Shown: positions 1 to 7,858 of the stretch, one piece after another
Numbering within the stretch: position 1 is the stretch's first letter
How the letters are laid out: the number at the start of each line of letters is the position of its first letter
Source: Polyangiaceae bacterium
GTDB lineage: Bacteria; Myxococcota_A; Polyangia; Polyangiales; Polyangiaceae
Reading direction: 5' to 3'
NCBI GenBank assembly: GCA_035063585.1
Contig: JAPSGB010000061.1
Span: 1-20,595 of the forward strand
DNA: 20,595 nt
The notes under the pieces: generated by a model
Databases searched by the model: none
What the model was told of the DNA's origin: nothing
Seen by the model: the letters and a program-made list of their open reading frames with translations, nothing else
Position numbers and translations under genes: made by a program

Positions 1-2
1 AG

Positions 3-491
3 CCAGCCGATCTCATCCCGCGCCTGGTCGCCGCGGTGCCTCTACCGCGCTGGCACTTGCTCAGGTATCTTGGGGTGCTCTCGAGTCACTCGTCGCGACG
101 GCGGCTCGTCGTGCCCACCCCACCGCCCGACCCCACCGCGAACAGGCCCCCGACCGCCCGCGGCGACCAACTCGAGCTGCTCGGCGAAAAGGACGACGCG
201 CCCGCTCCGCGCAAGCGCTGGGCTTGGCTGCTCGCGCATGTGTTCGCGGCCGACGTCGAGACCTGCCCGCGCTGCTCAGGCCCGTTGCGTTGGGCCGAGG
301 TCGCCAACACTCGCGCGCAGATCACGCGCCTACTCGCCGAGCACGGCCTCGGGCCGCGAGCACCGCCCATCGAGCATCAGCGCACGCCGAGCCGAACGTG
401 CTTCGACGCGAGCGCGAGATTTATCGGGTCGGCCAGCGTGAGCTCCACCCCCGTGCGCTCGATCTTCGAGACCCTCCAGTTGATCTCGTAG
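3..491 (+). mobile_element. IS91-family (rolling-circle, Y2-type) transposase, C-terminal fragment; probably a remnant, 5' part outside the window
   Basis: Frame is open from base 3: DLIPRLVAAVPLPRWHLLRYLGVLSSHS...RKRWAWLLAHVFAADVETCPRCSGPLRWAEV...ITRLLAEHGLGPRAPP. This matches the recalled IS91-like tail pattern (L-AA-VP-PR-HL-RYHGV; W--LL--VF--D---CP-CGG-L). Transposase-like sequence ends near 370; the rest of the ORF is antisense to the next gene. Confidence 0.8.
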
Positions 492-1603
492 TTGCCGGCG
501 TCGGTTTCGATGAGCTCGGAATGATCGATGACCTTGCCCTCCCACACCACCATCTCGTCGCCGCGCGGCTCCCCCTGACCGAGCAGCGCGTAGGCGCGGG
601 CACTCGCGCCGTGCGAGAACCCGAGCCCCGTGACCTCGAGCGCTTTGAGGTCGATGCACTCCAGCTCCGAGTTGAACGGGCGCGACGGCACGAGGCCCGC
701 GGTCCGCTGCGGGCAGTGGCGCTCGGGCAGCGCGAGCTCACAGGCGTTCCCCTGCTGCGTCAGCGCGAAGGCTTTGCCTTCACGCTTGGCGCTCACCCCG
801 CACAGGCCGAAAACTGCGTCGAGCACCTCTCCCGAGGCGACGTCGGGCGCCACCACGCTGACGCGCCCCGTGAGCTCGCCGAGCATCGGCACCTCTGCGA
901 CATCGGCGAACAGCTGCACGAGACGTCGGATCGGCGCCCTCCGGAGCTCAAGATCGGCCTTGCGGCTCGGGGCCGGCACGTGCGCGATCTTGGCGGCGAT
1001 CAGCGCGGGAGGGGCCAGGAACGTGAGGCTCTTGTAGCGGCCGACGCCGAGCCCGAAGGCCGCCCCGGCGGACCGCGCCAGCACGTCGGCATTGGTGGCT
1101 CGAAGCTCGAGCCGCGCGCGCCGGCTCGCGCCCACGACCACGAGCGACCGCCCCATGCGCGCGACCAGCGGAGCCGCCGCGTGCGCGTCAACGTCCGCCA
1201 GGACCACGTCACCGCCCGTCCGCAGCCCGAGCGAGCAACGCGCCGGCTCGGTGCAGTCCACGGCTCCAGCCTCCGGTTTCGGGCCGTCCACGACGATCTC
1301 GTCACCCACGCGCCAGTCGAGCTTCGGGCCGTCCACGCCGCGCACGACGAACTCGCCCTCGACGCCGGAGATCACGACGGACGGAGCCTTGCCCGCCTCG
1401 AAGCGCGAGATTCGCCCCGAGAGCACGGGCTTCGCTTCGGGCGGCGCGACGTTGGGCGCATCTGCCGCCAGCGTCGGAGCGGGTGTCGAGCTCTGCTCGC
1501 TCGCGGTCGGAGCGGCCGAAGTCGCGGGCGACGCGGACTGAACCGGTGCCGGGTGGTGCTCGCAGCCGACGAGCAGCAGTAGGAGCGAGAGCCGTCGCAG
1601 CAT
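377..1603 (-). CDS. Lipoprotein with a secretin N0/STN-like domain followed by a PilP-like C-terminal domain
   Basis: Signal peptide with lipobox LLLVG-C and a Pro/Ala linker. KADLELRRAPIRRLVQLFADVAEV...LTGRVSV...DVASGEVLDAVFGLCGVSAKREGKAFAL resembles PilQ N0/STN. LECIDLKALEVTGL...AYALL...NYEINWRVSKIERTGVELTLADP resembles PilP. ATG at 1603 preferred over GTG 1609/1606. Confidence 0.6.
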   Translation of the reverse strand: MLRRLSLLLLLVGCEHHPAPVQSASPATSAAPTASEQSSTPAPTLAADAPNVAPPEAKPVLSGRISRFEAGKAPSVVISGVEGEFVVRGVDGPKLDWRVGDEIVVDGPKPEAGAVDCTEPARCSLGLRTGGDVVLADVDAHAAAPLVARMGRSLVVVGASRRARLELRATNADVLARSAGAAFGLGVGRYKSLTFLAPPALIAAKIAHVPAPSRKADLELRRAPIRRLVQLFADVAEVPMLGELTGRVSVVAPDVASGEVLDAVFGLCGVSAKREGKAFALTQQGNACELALPERHCPQRTAGLVPSRPFNSELECIDLKALEVTGLGFSHGASARAYALLGQGEPRGDEMVVWEGKVIDHSELIETDAGNYEINWRVSKIERTGVELTLADPINLALASKHVRLGVR

Positions 1604-1610
1604 CACCACG

Positions 1611-1668
1611 AAGCTATCACTTCGAATTGACGAAGTCGTTTACGTTCTCGCGCTGACGCTGCTAGCTT
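1611..1668. promoter_or_regulatory. Divergent promoter region with two extended -10 elements and a central palindrome
   Basis: Minus strand TGA-TAGCTT (hexamer 1616-1611). Plus strand TGC-TAGCTT (hexamer 1663-1668). Inverted repeat ACTTCG-N6-CGAAGT at 1619-1636. AT-rich relative to the flanks. Confidence 0.5.
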
Positions 1669-1694
1669 TGTCGGCACCCGAAAGGAGCGCTAGC

Positions 1695-3230
1695 GTGAAA
1701 GCAGCTCGATGCTTGTCTCTCGCGGTGATCCCCGCACTCTTCGGTCTGGCGTGCTCGACGAGCAGCGACGCGGGTGAGCCCAACGCGGGCGGCTTCAGCG
1801 GCGCATACGGTGGCAGCGGCGGCGGCGGCGGCGCGGGCGGCACAGCGAACACCGGCGGCGCGGGCGGCACAGCGAACACCGGCGGCGCGAGCGGCGCAGC
1901 GAACACCGGCGGCGCGGGCGGCGCGGCGAACACCGGCGGCGGCGGAAATTCGAGCGCCTGCGGCGAACTGACCACCTTCGAGACCGGCAAGGCGCCGACC
2001 TCGGAGCTCCACGTCGCGACCAACGGCAGCCCCTTGGGTGACGGCACGAGCGCGCGACCGTTCGCGAACATCGAGCAGGCGGTCGCCCACGCCACGCCGG
2101 GCACCGCGATCCGTGTCCACTCGGGAACCTATTCCGGTGGCACCTTCGTCTCGGGGCTCGCCGGGACCGCGGACGCGCCCATCTGGGTCGGCGGGGCGCC
2201 CGGCGAGCCGAGGCCGGTGGTCGATGGAAGCAGCCAGGCGCTCCAGTTTTCGAGGGCGCGCTACCTCGTCGTGCACGATCTCGAGCTGCGAAACGCATCG
2301 GACAACGGCATGAACGCCGACGACGGCGCGGACTACGCGAACGAGGACGCCTCCCGCTACCTCGTGTTCCGTAATCTCGACATCCATGACATCGGGACCG
2401 GTGGGAACAATGACTGCCTGAAGCTCTCCGGGCTCTACGATTATTGGGTGCTCGACTCGAGGTTCGCGCGCTGCGGCCGAGGAGGGGGGAGCGGGATCGA
2501 TCAGGTCGGGTGCCATCGCGGCGTCATCGCGCGAAATCGCTTCGAGCAACCGGGCTCGGACGCGGTGCAGGCCAAGGGCGGCTCGGCGGACATCTCGATC
2601 CGCTCGAACCTCGTCGTCGGCGGAGGCGACCGCGGCTTCAACCTCGGCGGCTCGACCGGGTTCGCGTTCTTCCGGCCGCCGCTCAGCGCGAGCGGCACCA
2701 ACTTCGAGGCCGCCAACCTCCGGGTAATAGCCAACGTGATCATCGGTGGCGAAGCCGCGGTCGCGTTCGTCGGCTGCGTCGACTGCGTCGCCGCGCACAA
2801 CACCATCATCGATCCGGAGCACTGGGTGGTGCGCATCCTCCAGGAAACGACGACGAGCGACGGTTGGGTCTTCGCCGCTGCGCGCGGCGGCTCATTCGTC
2901 AATAATATCGTTTACTATTCGCGCGGGGACGTCTCTACCAGCGTGAACGTCGGCTCGAACACCGACGCCGACTCCTTCACGTTCGGGCATAACCTCTGGT
3001 ACGCGCACGACGCTCCCGCAGAGTCCGCGCCGACCTCGCTACCGGTCGCCGAGACCGGGAGCATCGTCGGCGCAGACCCCGGCTTCGCGAACGTCGCCGC
3101 CGAGAACTTCCACATCGGCGCCGCGAGCCCCGCGGCGGGCAAGGGCGAGGCCGGCGTCGACTCGACCGGCGATTTCGACGGCTCCTGCTGGGGGAGTCCG
3201 CCCAGCATCGGCGCGTTCGAACCGCGCTGA
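1695..3230 (+). CDS. Right-handed parallel beta-helix repeat lipoprotein (pectin-lyase-like fold)
   Basis: RBS AAGGAG at 1682-1687 before GTG 1695. Lipobox FGLA-C, Gly-rich linker, then LHVATNGS...GDGTSARPFANIEQAV...ATPGTAIRVHSGTY and stacked beta-helix repeats (IARNRF, IRSNLV, VIANVI, AAHNTI, FVNNIV). C-terminal FHIGAASPAAGKG...DFDG...PSIGAFE. Confidence 0.85.
   Translation: MKAARCLSLAVIPALFGLACSTSSDAGEPNAGGFSGAYGGSGGGGGAGGTANTGGAGGTANTGGASGAANTGGAGGAANTGGGGNSSACGELTTFETGKAPTSELHVATNGSPLGDGTSARPFANIEQAVAHATPGTAIRVHSGTYSGGTFVSGLAGTADAPIWVGGAPGEPRPVVDGSSQALQFSRARYLVVHDLELRNASDNGMNADDGADYANEDASRYLVFRNLDIHDIGTGGNNDCLKLSGLYDYWVLDSRFARCGRGGGSGIDQVGCHRGVIARNRFEQPGSDAVQAKGGSADISIRSNLVVGGGDRGFNLGGSTGFAFFRPPLSASGTNFEAANLRVIANVIIGGEAAVAFVGCVDCVAAHNTIIDPEHWVVRILQETTTSDGWVFAAARGGSFVNNIVYYSRGDVSTSVNVGSNTDADSFTFGHNLWYAHDAPAESAPTSLPVAETGSIVGADPGFANVAAENFHIGAASPAAGKGEAGVDSTGDFDGSCWGSPPSIGAFEPR
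1827..1934 (+). repeat. 4 x 27-bp in-frame tandem repeat encoding GGA(G/S)G(T/A)ANT
   Basis: Unit GGCGGCGCGGGCGGCACAGCGAACACC; copies start at 1827, 1854, 1881 and 1908 with few substitutions. Confidence 0.9.
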
Positions 3231-3249
3231 GCGCTGCGCCATAGCCGCC

Positions 3250-4209
3250 TCACGGCTTGTGGTGCGCGGCGAGAAAGCCCCAGATGCGCTCGGGCGCGTC
3301 CTTGGCGAGCGGCGGGATGTGCTCGCCGCCGTGAATCGTCCAGAGCTCGGCCGCGCCGTTCTTCGCGCAGCCCGAGTGGCGCGCGGGGGTGGTCTCGTCG
3401 CCCTCGAGTGACTCGTCGAGATCGAAGGGCGCCCCGGCTGGCTCGAGCGCGGCCGCACAGCCGTTGTTCGCCGCCCAGTCGGCGACCGTCTCCTCCGCGC
3501 CGGGGAAGCTCGCGTCGGGCTGCTCGGGCAGGAGGTTCGCGGGGAGCTTGCCGCCGCCGTAGGGCACCGTGGTGTCCGCATCACCGTGGATCTGGAGCAC
3601 GCCTACCGGAGCGGCCGGCTGGCACCTCGCCGGATCTTTCCACATGGCACCAGCGATGCTGACGATGGCCGCGAACTGGTCGGCTCGATCGCAGGCGAGC
3701 CGGTTCGCCATGAACCCGCCGTTCGAGTGACCGACCAGGAAGATCCGCTTGGGATCGATCGCGTACACGCCTCGGATCTCGTCCACGAGCCCGCTCAAGT
3801 ACGCGACGTCGTCGGGGGCGGAGGGCGTGGTCGCGCAGCAGACGTCGGTCGCGTTCCAGTAGCGCTTGCCGTTCGCGTCGGGCGTGCCGTCGGGTGCGAC
3901 CACGAAGAAACCCTCGCTGTCCGCGATGTCCGTGAGGCGGAGGTACATGCTCTGGAGGAGCCCGTTCACGCTGTAACCGTGCAAGATCATCACGAGCGGC
4001 GCGGGACGGCTCGGGTCGTAGCCCGCGGGGACGCGGAAGACCTTCACCGGGCGCGGGCCGCCGAAGGTCGGCGGCGTCTCGGGCACCTCGATGACGGTCC
4101 CGGCGTCCGTCGGGCCGGCGGATTCGTCGCCGGAGCCGCACCCGCCGACCGCCGCCGCGAAGAGCGCACCCGAGAGCACGAGCGCGCGAGGTCTGCGTCG
4201 TAGCGACAT
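3250..4209 (-). CDS. Alpha/beta-hydrolase lipoprotein, PHB depolymerase / LpqC-LpqP-like esterase
   Basis: Lipobox AVGG-C. PLVMILHG, FFVVAPDG, DDVAYL, IDPKRIFLVGHSNGGFMA (nucleophile Ser), QIHGDADTTVPY (acid), GGEH (His). Confidence 0.85.
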   Translation of the reverse strand: MSLRRRPRALVLSGALFAAAVGGCGSGDESAGPTDAGTVIEVPETPPTFGGPRPVKVFRVPAGYDPSRPAPLVMILHGYSVNGLLQSMYLRLTDIADSEGFFVVAPDGTPDANGKRYWNATDVCCATTPSAPDDVAYLSGLVDEIRGVYAIDPKRIFLVGHSNGGFMANRLACDRADQFAAIVSIAGAMWKDPARCQPAAPVGVLQIHGDADTTVPYGGGKLPANLLPEQPDASFPGAEETVADWAANNGCAAALEPAGAPFDLDESLEGDETTPARHSGCAKNGAAELWTIHGGEHIPPLAKDAPERIWGFLAAHHKP

Positions 4210-4249
4210 CGACCGGAGAGGTTACCACCAAACCCGCGACGCCAGCCGC

Positions 4250-6715
4250 TCAGCGAGCACGGCCGCACGAGCCCGAGCCCGCGAGCGCGCCCCGCACCGC
4301 GAAGCGCGCCGCGACGGGAGTGCGCTTGCCACCGAGCGGCGCGAGCCGCTGCGCGAGGTCGGGGGGGTGGAGTCGACCGAGCGCCGCGACCGCCGCGGGG
4401 CCAATCGACTTCGCGTCGGCGGGCGCGAACGGATCGGCGAGCTTCTGGGCGTAGCGGGTCAGCAGCTCGAGCGAGCCCGAGTCGCACAGGTGACCGAGCG
4501 CGGTGGCGGCCGCGACCCGGACCTCGATGGTCTCCTCGGCGTCGTCGACGCGCTCGCGGAGGGCAGGCAAGGCCGCCACGACGCGGCGGCGGCCGAGCGC
4601 GCGGACCACGGCCACGCGCGCCGCCGGAGACTCGTCGGCGAGCGCCGCCACGAGCGCCTGGTCGGCCGAGGCGTCGGCGCCGAGCGCGGCGAGCGCGTCG
4701 GCCGCCGCCACCCGCACCAGCGGCCAGGGGTCATCGCGGAGCCGCAGCGCGAGCGCGGCGACCGCGAACCCGCCGCCCCGCTCGCCGAGGGTGCGGATCG
4801 CCGCCTCACGCACCCGCACCTCGGGATCGCCGACCGCGCGGAGCAGCGGCGCGCGAAACCGCTCGGGCTCCTCGACCGCGCTCGCCGCCTGCGCGCGCAC
4901 GTGCGGGTCGGGATCGCGCTCGAGCGCTTGGGAGAGGTAGTCACGCGCGGTCGCGCTCGCTCGCGCGAGGCTGGCCGCGGGCTCGAGCAGGAGGAAACGC
5001 GTGCGAAACGACGCGCGCGACCCGGCGAGCGCCGAGAAGGCCTGCTCCGCCTCGGGGCGGAACGCGGCGAGGCGCGGGCCGAGCGCGCGGAGCAGGTCGA
5101 CGCGGGCTCGCTCGGAGAGCGTCCGGTCGGCGAGCGCGGCGCGCACCGCGGTCGCTGCCGCCGGCGCGTCGGCAGCGCGCGCGAGCGCCACCCGCAGCAA
5201 CTGGCGGAGCGGCGCGCTCGGCGCGTCGAGGAGCGGCGCGATCGCGCGCACGGCGCGCGCCGGCGCGACCACCGCGAGCTCGCCGGCGAGCACGGAGGCG
5301 GGCCGTGGCTTGGCGGTGCGGAGCGCGGCCTCGATGGAGTCGGCGGCGGCCTCTCCGCAGCGCGCCACGCGGTCGCGCGCGTGGAGGCGGTGCGCGCGAT
5401 ACGACCCGACCAGCGCGCGCAGATACACCGGAACGCTCGCCTCGCAGGGCGCGTGGTCGATGACGTCGAGGGCGACGCGGCGACCGCCCTCGTCCAGTCC
5501 GTCGAAGGCCTTGGCGACCGACTCGAAGGCGGGCGCTCCGAGCGCAACGAGCACCGCCGCCGCGGCCTCCGCATGCGCGTCTCCGCCGGCGAGCGCGCGC
5601 ACGAGCTCGTCCATCTTGGCCGCGTCGAAGTCCGTCTCGACGGAGAGCTCGGCGAAGGTGGTGCGGGCGTCGCGACTCTCGTCGAAGGCGCTGTCGGTCA
5701 CGAGCGCGAGGCAGTCGGTGCGGATCGGCCAGGGCAGCGTCATCTCGTAGCGCGCGCCCGGCTTCTCCCAGGCGTTCTCCGGCAGGGTCACGCGGAAGAG
5801 CTGATCGCTGGTGGCGAGGAAGAAGCTCTTCGGCGAGGTGCCGTGGTCGACGCTCGCGCGCGCCGGGCGCACCACGAGCTGAAACCCGGTGATGGCAACC
5901 TGCGAGGGCGCGTTCATCAGCACGAACTCGCCGCGCCCCGCGCCGCCACGGTTCTCGCTCCAGGTCGTCTCGAGATCGCCGTCGGTGAGCGCGCCGGGCA
6001 AGCCGACCGCGCTGGTCGCGGCGACCGCGCGGAGCAGCGGGAAGCTCGCGCGGGCGGTGGCGCCCTCGAGCGGCCGCGCCGCGAGCGGCGTCGCCTGAGC
6101 GATCTCGGCGGCGCCGAGGCGCTGGACCTTCGCGGGGTGGAGCTCGAGGTCCTGCCCGAGCAGGAGCTTCGGCGCGAGCACCGCCGGGCGCCCGCAGAGC
6201 GAGAGGTCTTCGCGCTGTTCCCCGATGACGATGCGTCGCGAGCCGTCCGGCTCGGCGTCACCGATGAGCACCATCGGCCCGTGCCTCAGCCCGGGCTCAC
6301 CCTCGACCAGGCCCGTCCAGCCCGCGAACACCACCTTCGGCGCGGCACCACCGAGTGGCGCGACGACCACCGCGCGCCACGACCGCGCGTTCGGGGGATC
6401 GGCGATGGTCACCACCACCGCGCGACGCCCCGACCCGATCGGCACCAGCGCGAGCTCCGCGCTCGACGCGAGCGCGCGCGCGGCCTCCGGCAGCGGGAGC
6501 TCCTGGCCGCGCTCGAGCGCGCACGCGCCGCTCGGGCAGACTGCCGCGAAGAGCCGCGAGGAGGCGTCGAAGCCGACCGCGAGCGCGAGCTGTCCCGCGG
6601 AGGCGGGCGCGCGCGCCACCACCGGCCGAGCGGGCGCAGCAGCGAGCGCAGGCGCGGCGAGCGCGAGCGCCAGAAAGAGCGAGCAGCGCGGGCCGAGGGG
6701 AGCGCGGAGAGCCAT
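4250..6715 (-). CDS. Exported HEAT-repeat protein with a central discoidin/F5-8-like segment
   Basis: ATG 6715 gives a signal peptide (MALRAPLGPRCSLFLALALAAPALAA). ALTDGDLETTWSE is discoidin-like. C-terminal HEAT repeats: DPDPHVRAQAASA, DPEVRVREAAIRTLG, DPWPLVRVAAADALA, DESPAARVAVVRALG, EVRVAAATALG. Confidence 0.8.
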   Translation of the reverse strand: MALRAPLGPRCSLFLALALAAPALAAAPARPVVARAPASAGQLALAVGFDASSRLFAAVCPSGACALERGQELPLPEAARALASSAELALVPIGSGRRAVVVTIADPPNARSWRAVVVAPLGGAAPKVVFAGWTGLVEGEPGLRHGPMVLIGDAEPDGSRRIVIGEQREDLSLCGRPAVLAPKLLLGQDLELHPAKVQRLGAAEIAQATPLAARPLEGATARASFPLLRAVAATSAVGLPGALTDGDLETTWSENRGGAGRGEFVLMNAPSQVAITGFQLVVRPARASVDHGTSPKSFFLATSDQLFRVTLPENAWEKPGARYEMTLPWPIRTDCLALVTDSAFDESRDARTTFAELSVETDFDAAKMDELVRALAGGDAHAEAAAAVLVALGAPAFESVAKAFDGLDEGGRRVALDVIDHAPCEASVPVYLRALVGSYRAHRLHARDRVARCGEAAADSIEAALRTAKPRPASVLAGELAVVAPARAVRAIAPLLDAPSAPLRQLLRVALARAADAPAAATAVRAALADRTLSERARVDLLRALGPRLAAFRPEAEQAFSALAGSRASFRTRFLLLEPAASLARASATARDYLSQALERDPDPHVRAQAASAVEEPERFRAPLLRAVGDPEVRVREAAIRTLGERGGGFAVAALALRLRDDPWPLVRVAAADALAALGADASADQALVAALADESPAARVAVVRALGRRRVVAALPALRERVDDAEETIEVRVAAATALGHLCDSGSLELLTRYAQKLADPFAPADAKSIGPAAVAALGRLHPPDLAQRLAPLGGKRTPVAARFAVRGALAGSGSCGRAR

Positions 6716-6758
6716 GCCCGAGTCTTGCCAGCTCGGCCGGCCGCCGTCGATGCGAAGC

Positions 6759-7664
6759 TCAGTCGTCCGCAGGCTGGCCGAGCTTACGCGACCACAGGAA
6801 GGCGTCACGACGGACCCCACCCACGCGCAGGTGCTTCGCGAGCACGCCGGTGCGACGGAAGCCGTTCAGCGCGTAGGCCGAGCCGAGCTCGACGTCCTCG
6901 ACCGGCGTGAGCGCAAAGGCGCTCACCACCGCGCGCTCCACGAGGAGCTGCGCGATGCGACTGATCGCGGCCGCAGTGAGCGCCGACTCCTTCGCGGAGC
7001 GCGGCGAGGCGAGGAGCTCGATGAAGGCGTTGTCGAAACACGCCTGCGTCTCCACCGACGCCATGAGCGAGAAGCCGCCGCGGGCGGTGCAGGCGAAGTC
7101 CACCCGCTCGGTGCCGCGGCCGAACGGCTCGAAGCTGGTGAGCGCCCGGTGCTGGCGCGAGGCGGTGGCGAGCGCCCGCGCGAAGTCCGCCTCGCGGGCG
7201 GGCTGCACCTTCACCGGCGGGAGCGCCTCCGCGGCGCGCGCCTTGGCGAGCTTGCGTGCGGCCTGATAGAGCCGCTCATGGTGGGCTTCCTCGTCGCGGC
7301 CGGCGGCGAGGGCCGGGCGCAGCCCCGATTGACCGGGATCATCCGCCGGCGTCGGCGCGGAGGCGCCGAGGACCCAGCCGTCACTCCGCTTGTAAAATCC
7401 GGGGATGGTCCCTTCGCGGGCGAACCCCAGGCGCGACCAGGCACCCACCTCATCCTTCTCGACCACGGTGAACACGCGCTCGAGCCCCTCGCGGACCGCG
7501 AGGCCCATCACGAGCACGCGTTTCGCCGGATTCGGGCCGGACCGGAAATCGATCACCCGGATGGTCCGCGCGCGGCGGTTCACCAGGAGACAGAGCGAGA
7601 CGCCGTCGCTGTCGAGGAAGATCTCGTCCGGCGTGTTCGACGAAAGTTTGGCACTGGTTGCCAT
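6759..7664 (-). CDS. Tandem GNAT-fold protein resembling beta-lysine N-acetyltransferase (AblB/YodP family)
   Basis: RBS AAGGGGG before ATG 7664. N-half IRVIDFR...GLERVF...LGFAREGTIPGFY...DGWVL and C-half ASVETQACFDNAFIE...AFAL...NGFRRTGVLAKHL.VGG...DAFLWSRKL follow the recalled AblB/YodP layout. Confidence 0.6.
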   Translation of the reverse strand: MATSAKLSSNTPDEIFLDSDGVSLCLLVNRRARTIRVIDFRSGPNPAKRVLVMGLAVREGLERVFTVVEKDEVGAWSRLGFAREGTIPGFYKRSDGWVLGASAPTPADDPGQSGLRPALAAGRDEEAHHERLYQAARKLAKARAAEALPPVKVQPAREADFARALATASRQHRALTSFEPFGRGTERVDFACTARGGFSLMASVETQACFDNAFIELLASPRSAKESALTAAAISRIAQLLVERAVVSAFALTPVEDVELGSAYALNGFRRTGVLAKHLRVGGVRRDAFLWSRKLGQPADD

Positions 7665-7763
7665 AGGGCCCCCCTTGGAAGTGACGCGGGTTTCGCCAGG
7701 CCGCATCGCGGCACACGAACCCTTCAATTTCAGGCACTTGCACGCCCGGCATCCGGCCAGGAC

Positions 7764-7807
7764 GTTTCAAATGTGAAACCAATTGTAGCATCTAGCCCCT
7801 AGGCTAG
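7764..7807. promoter_or_regulatory. Two 6-4-6 palindromes in the AT-rich region upstream of the GNAT gene (candidate operators)
   Basis: GTTTCA-AATG-TGAAAC at 7764-7779 and CTAGCC-CCTA-GGCTAG at 7792-7807. Confidence 0.4.
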
Positions 7808-7858
7808 CAACCACAATCACGCGATTTTGCTCGCGCTACGCCCCGAGCCGAGCCTCGC

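Noticed and set aside
4091..6910. 939-aa plus-strand ORF
   Set aside because: Arg-rich antisense shadow of the HEAT-repeat gene, typical of high-GC DNA; no motifs.
7764..7779. parS site
   Set aside because: Arms match GTTTCA/TGAAAC, but the spacer is AATG rather than the 2-nt CG of canonical parS.
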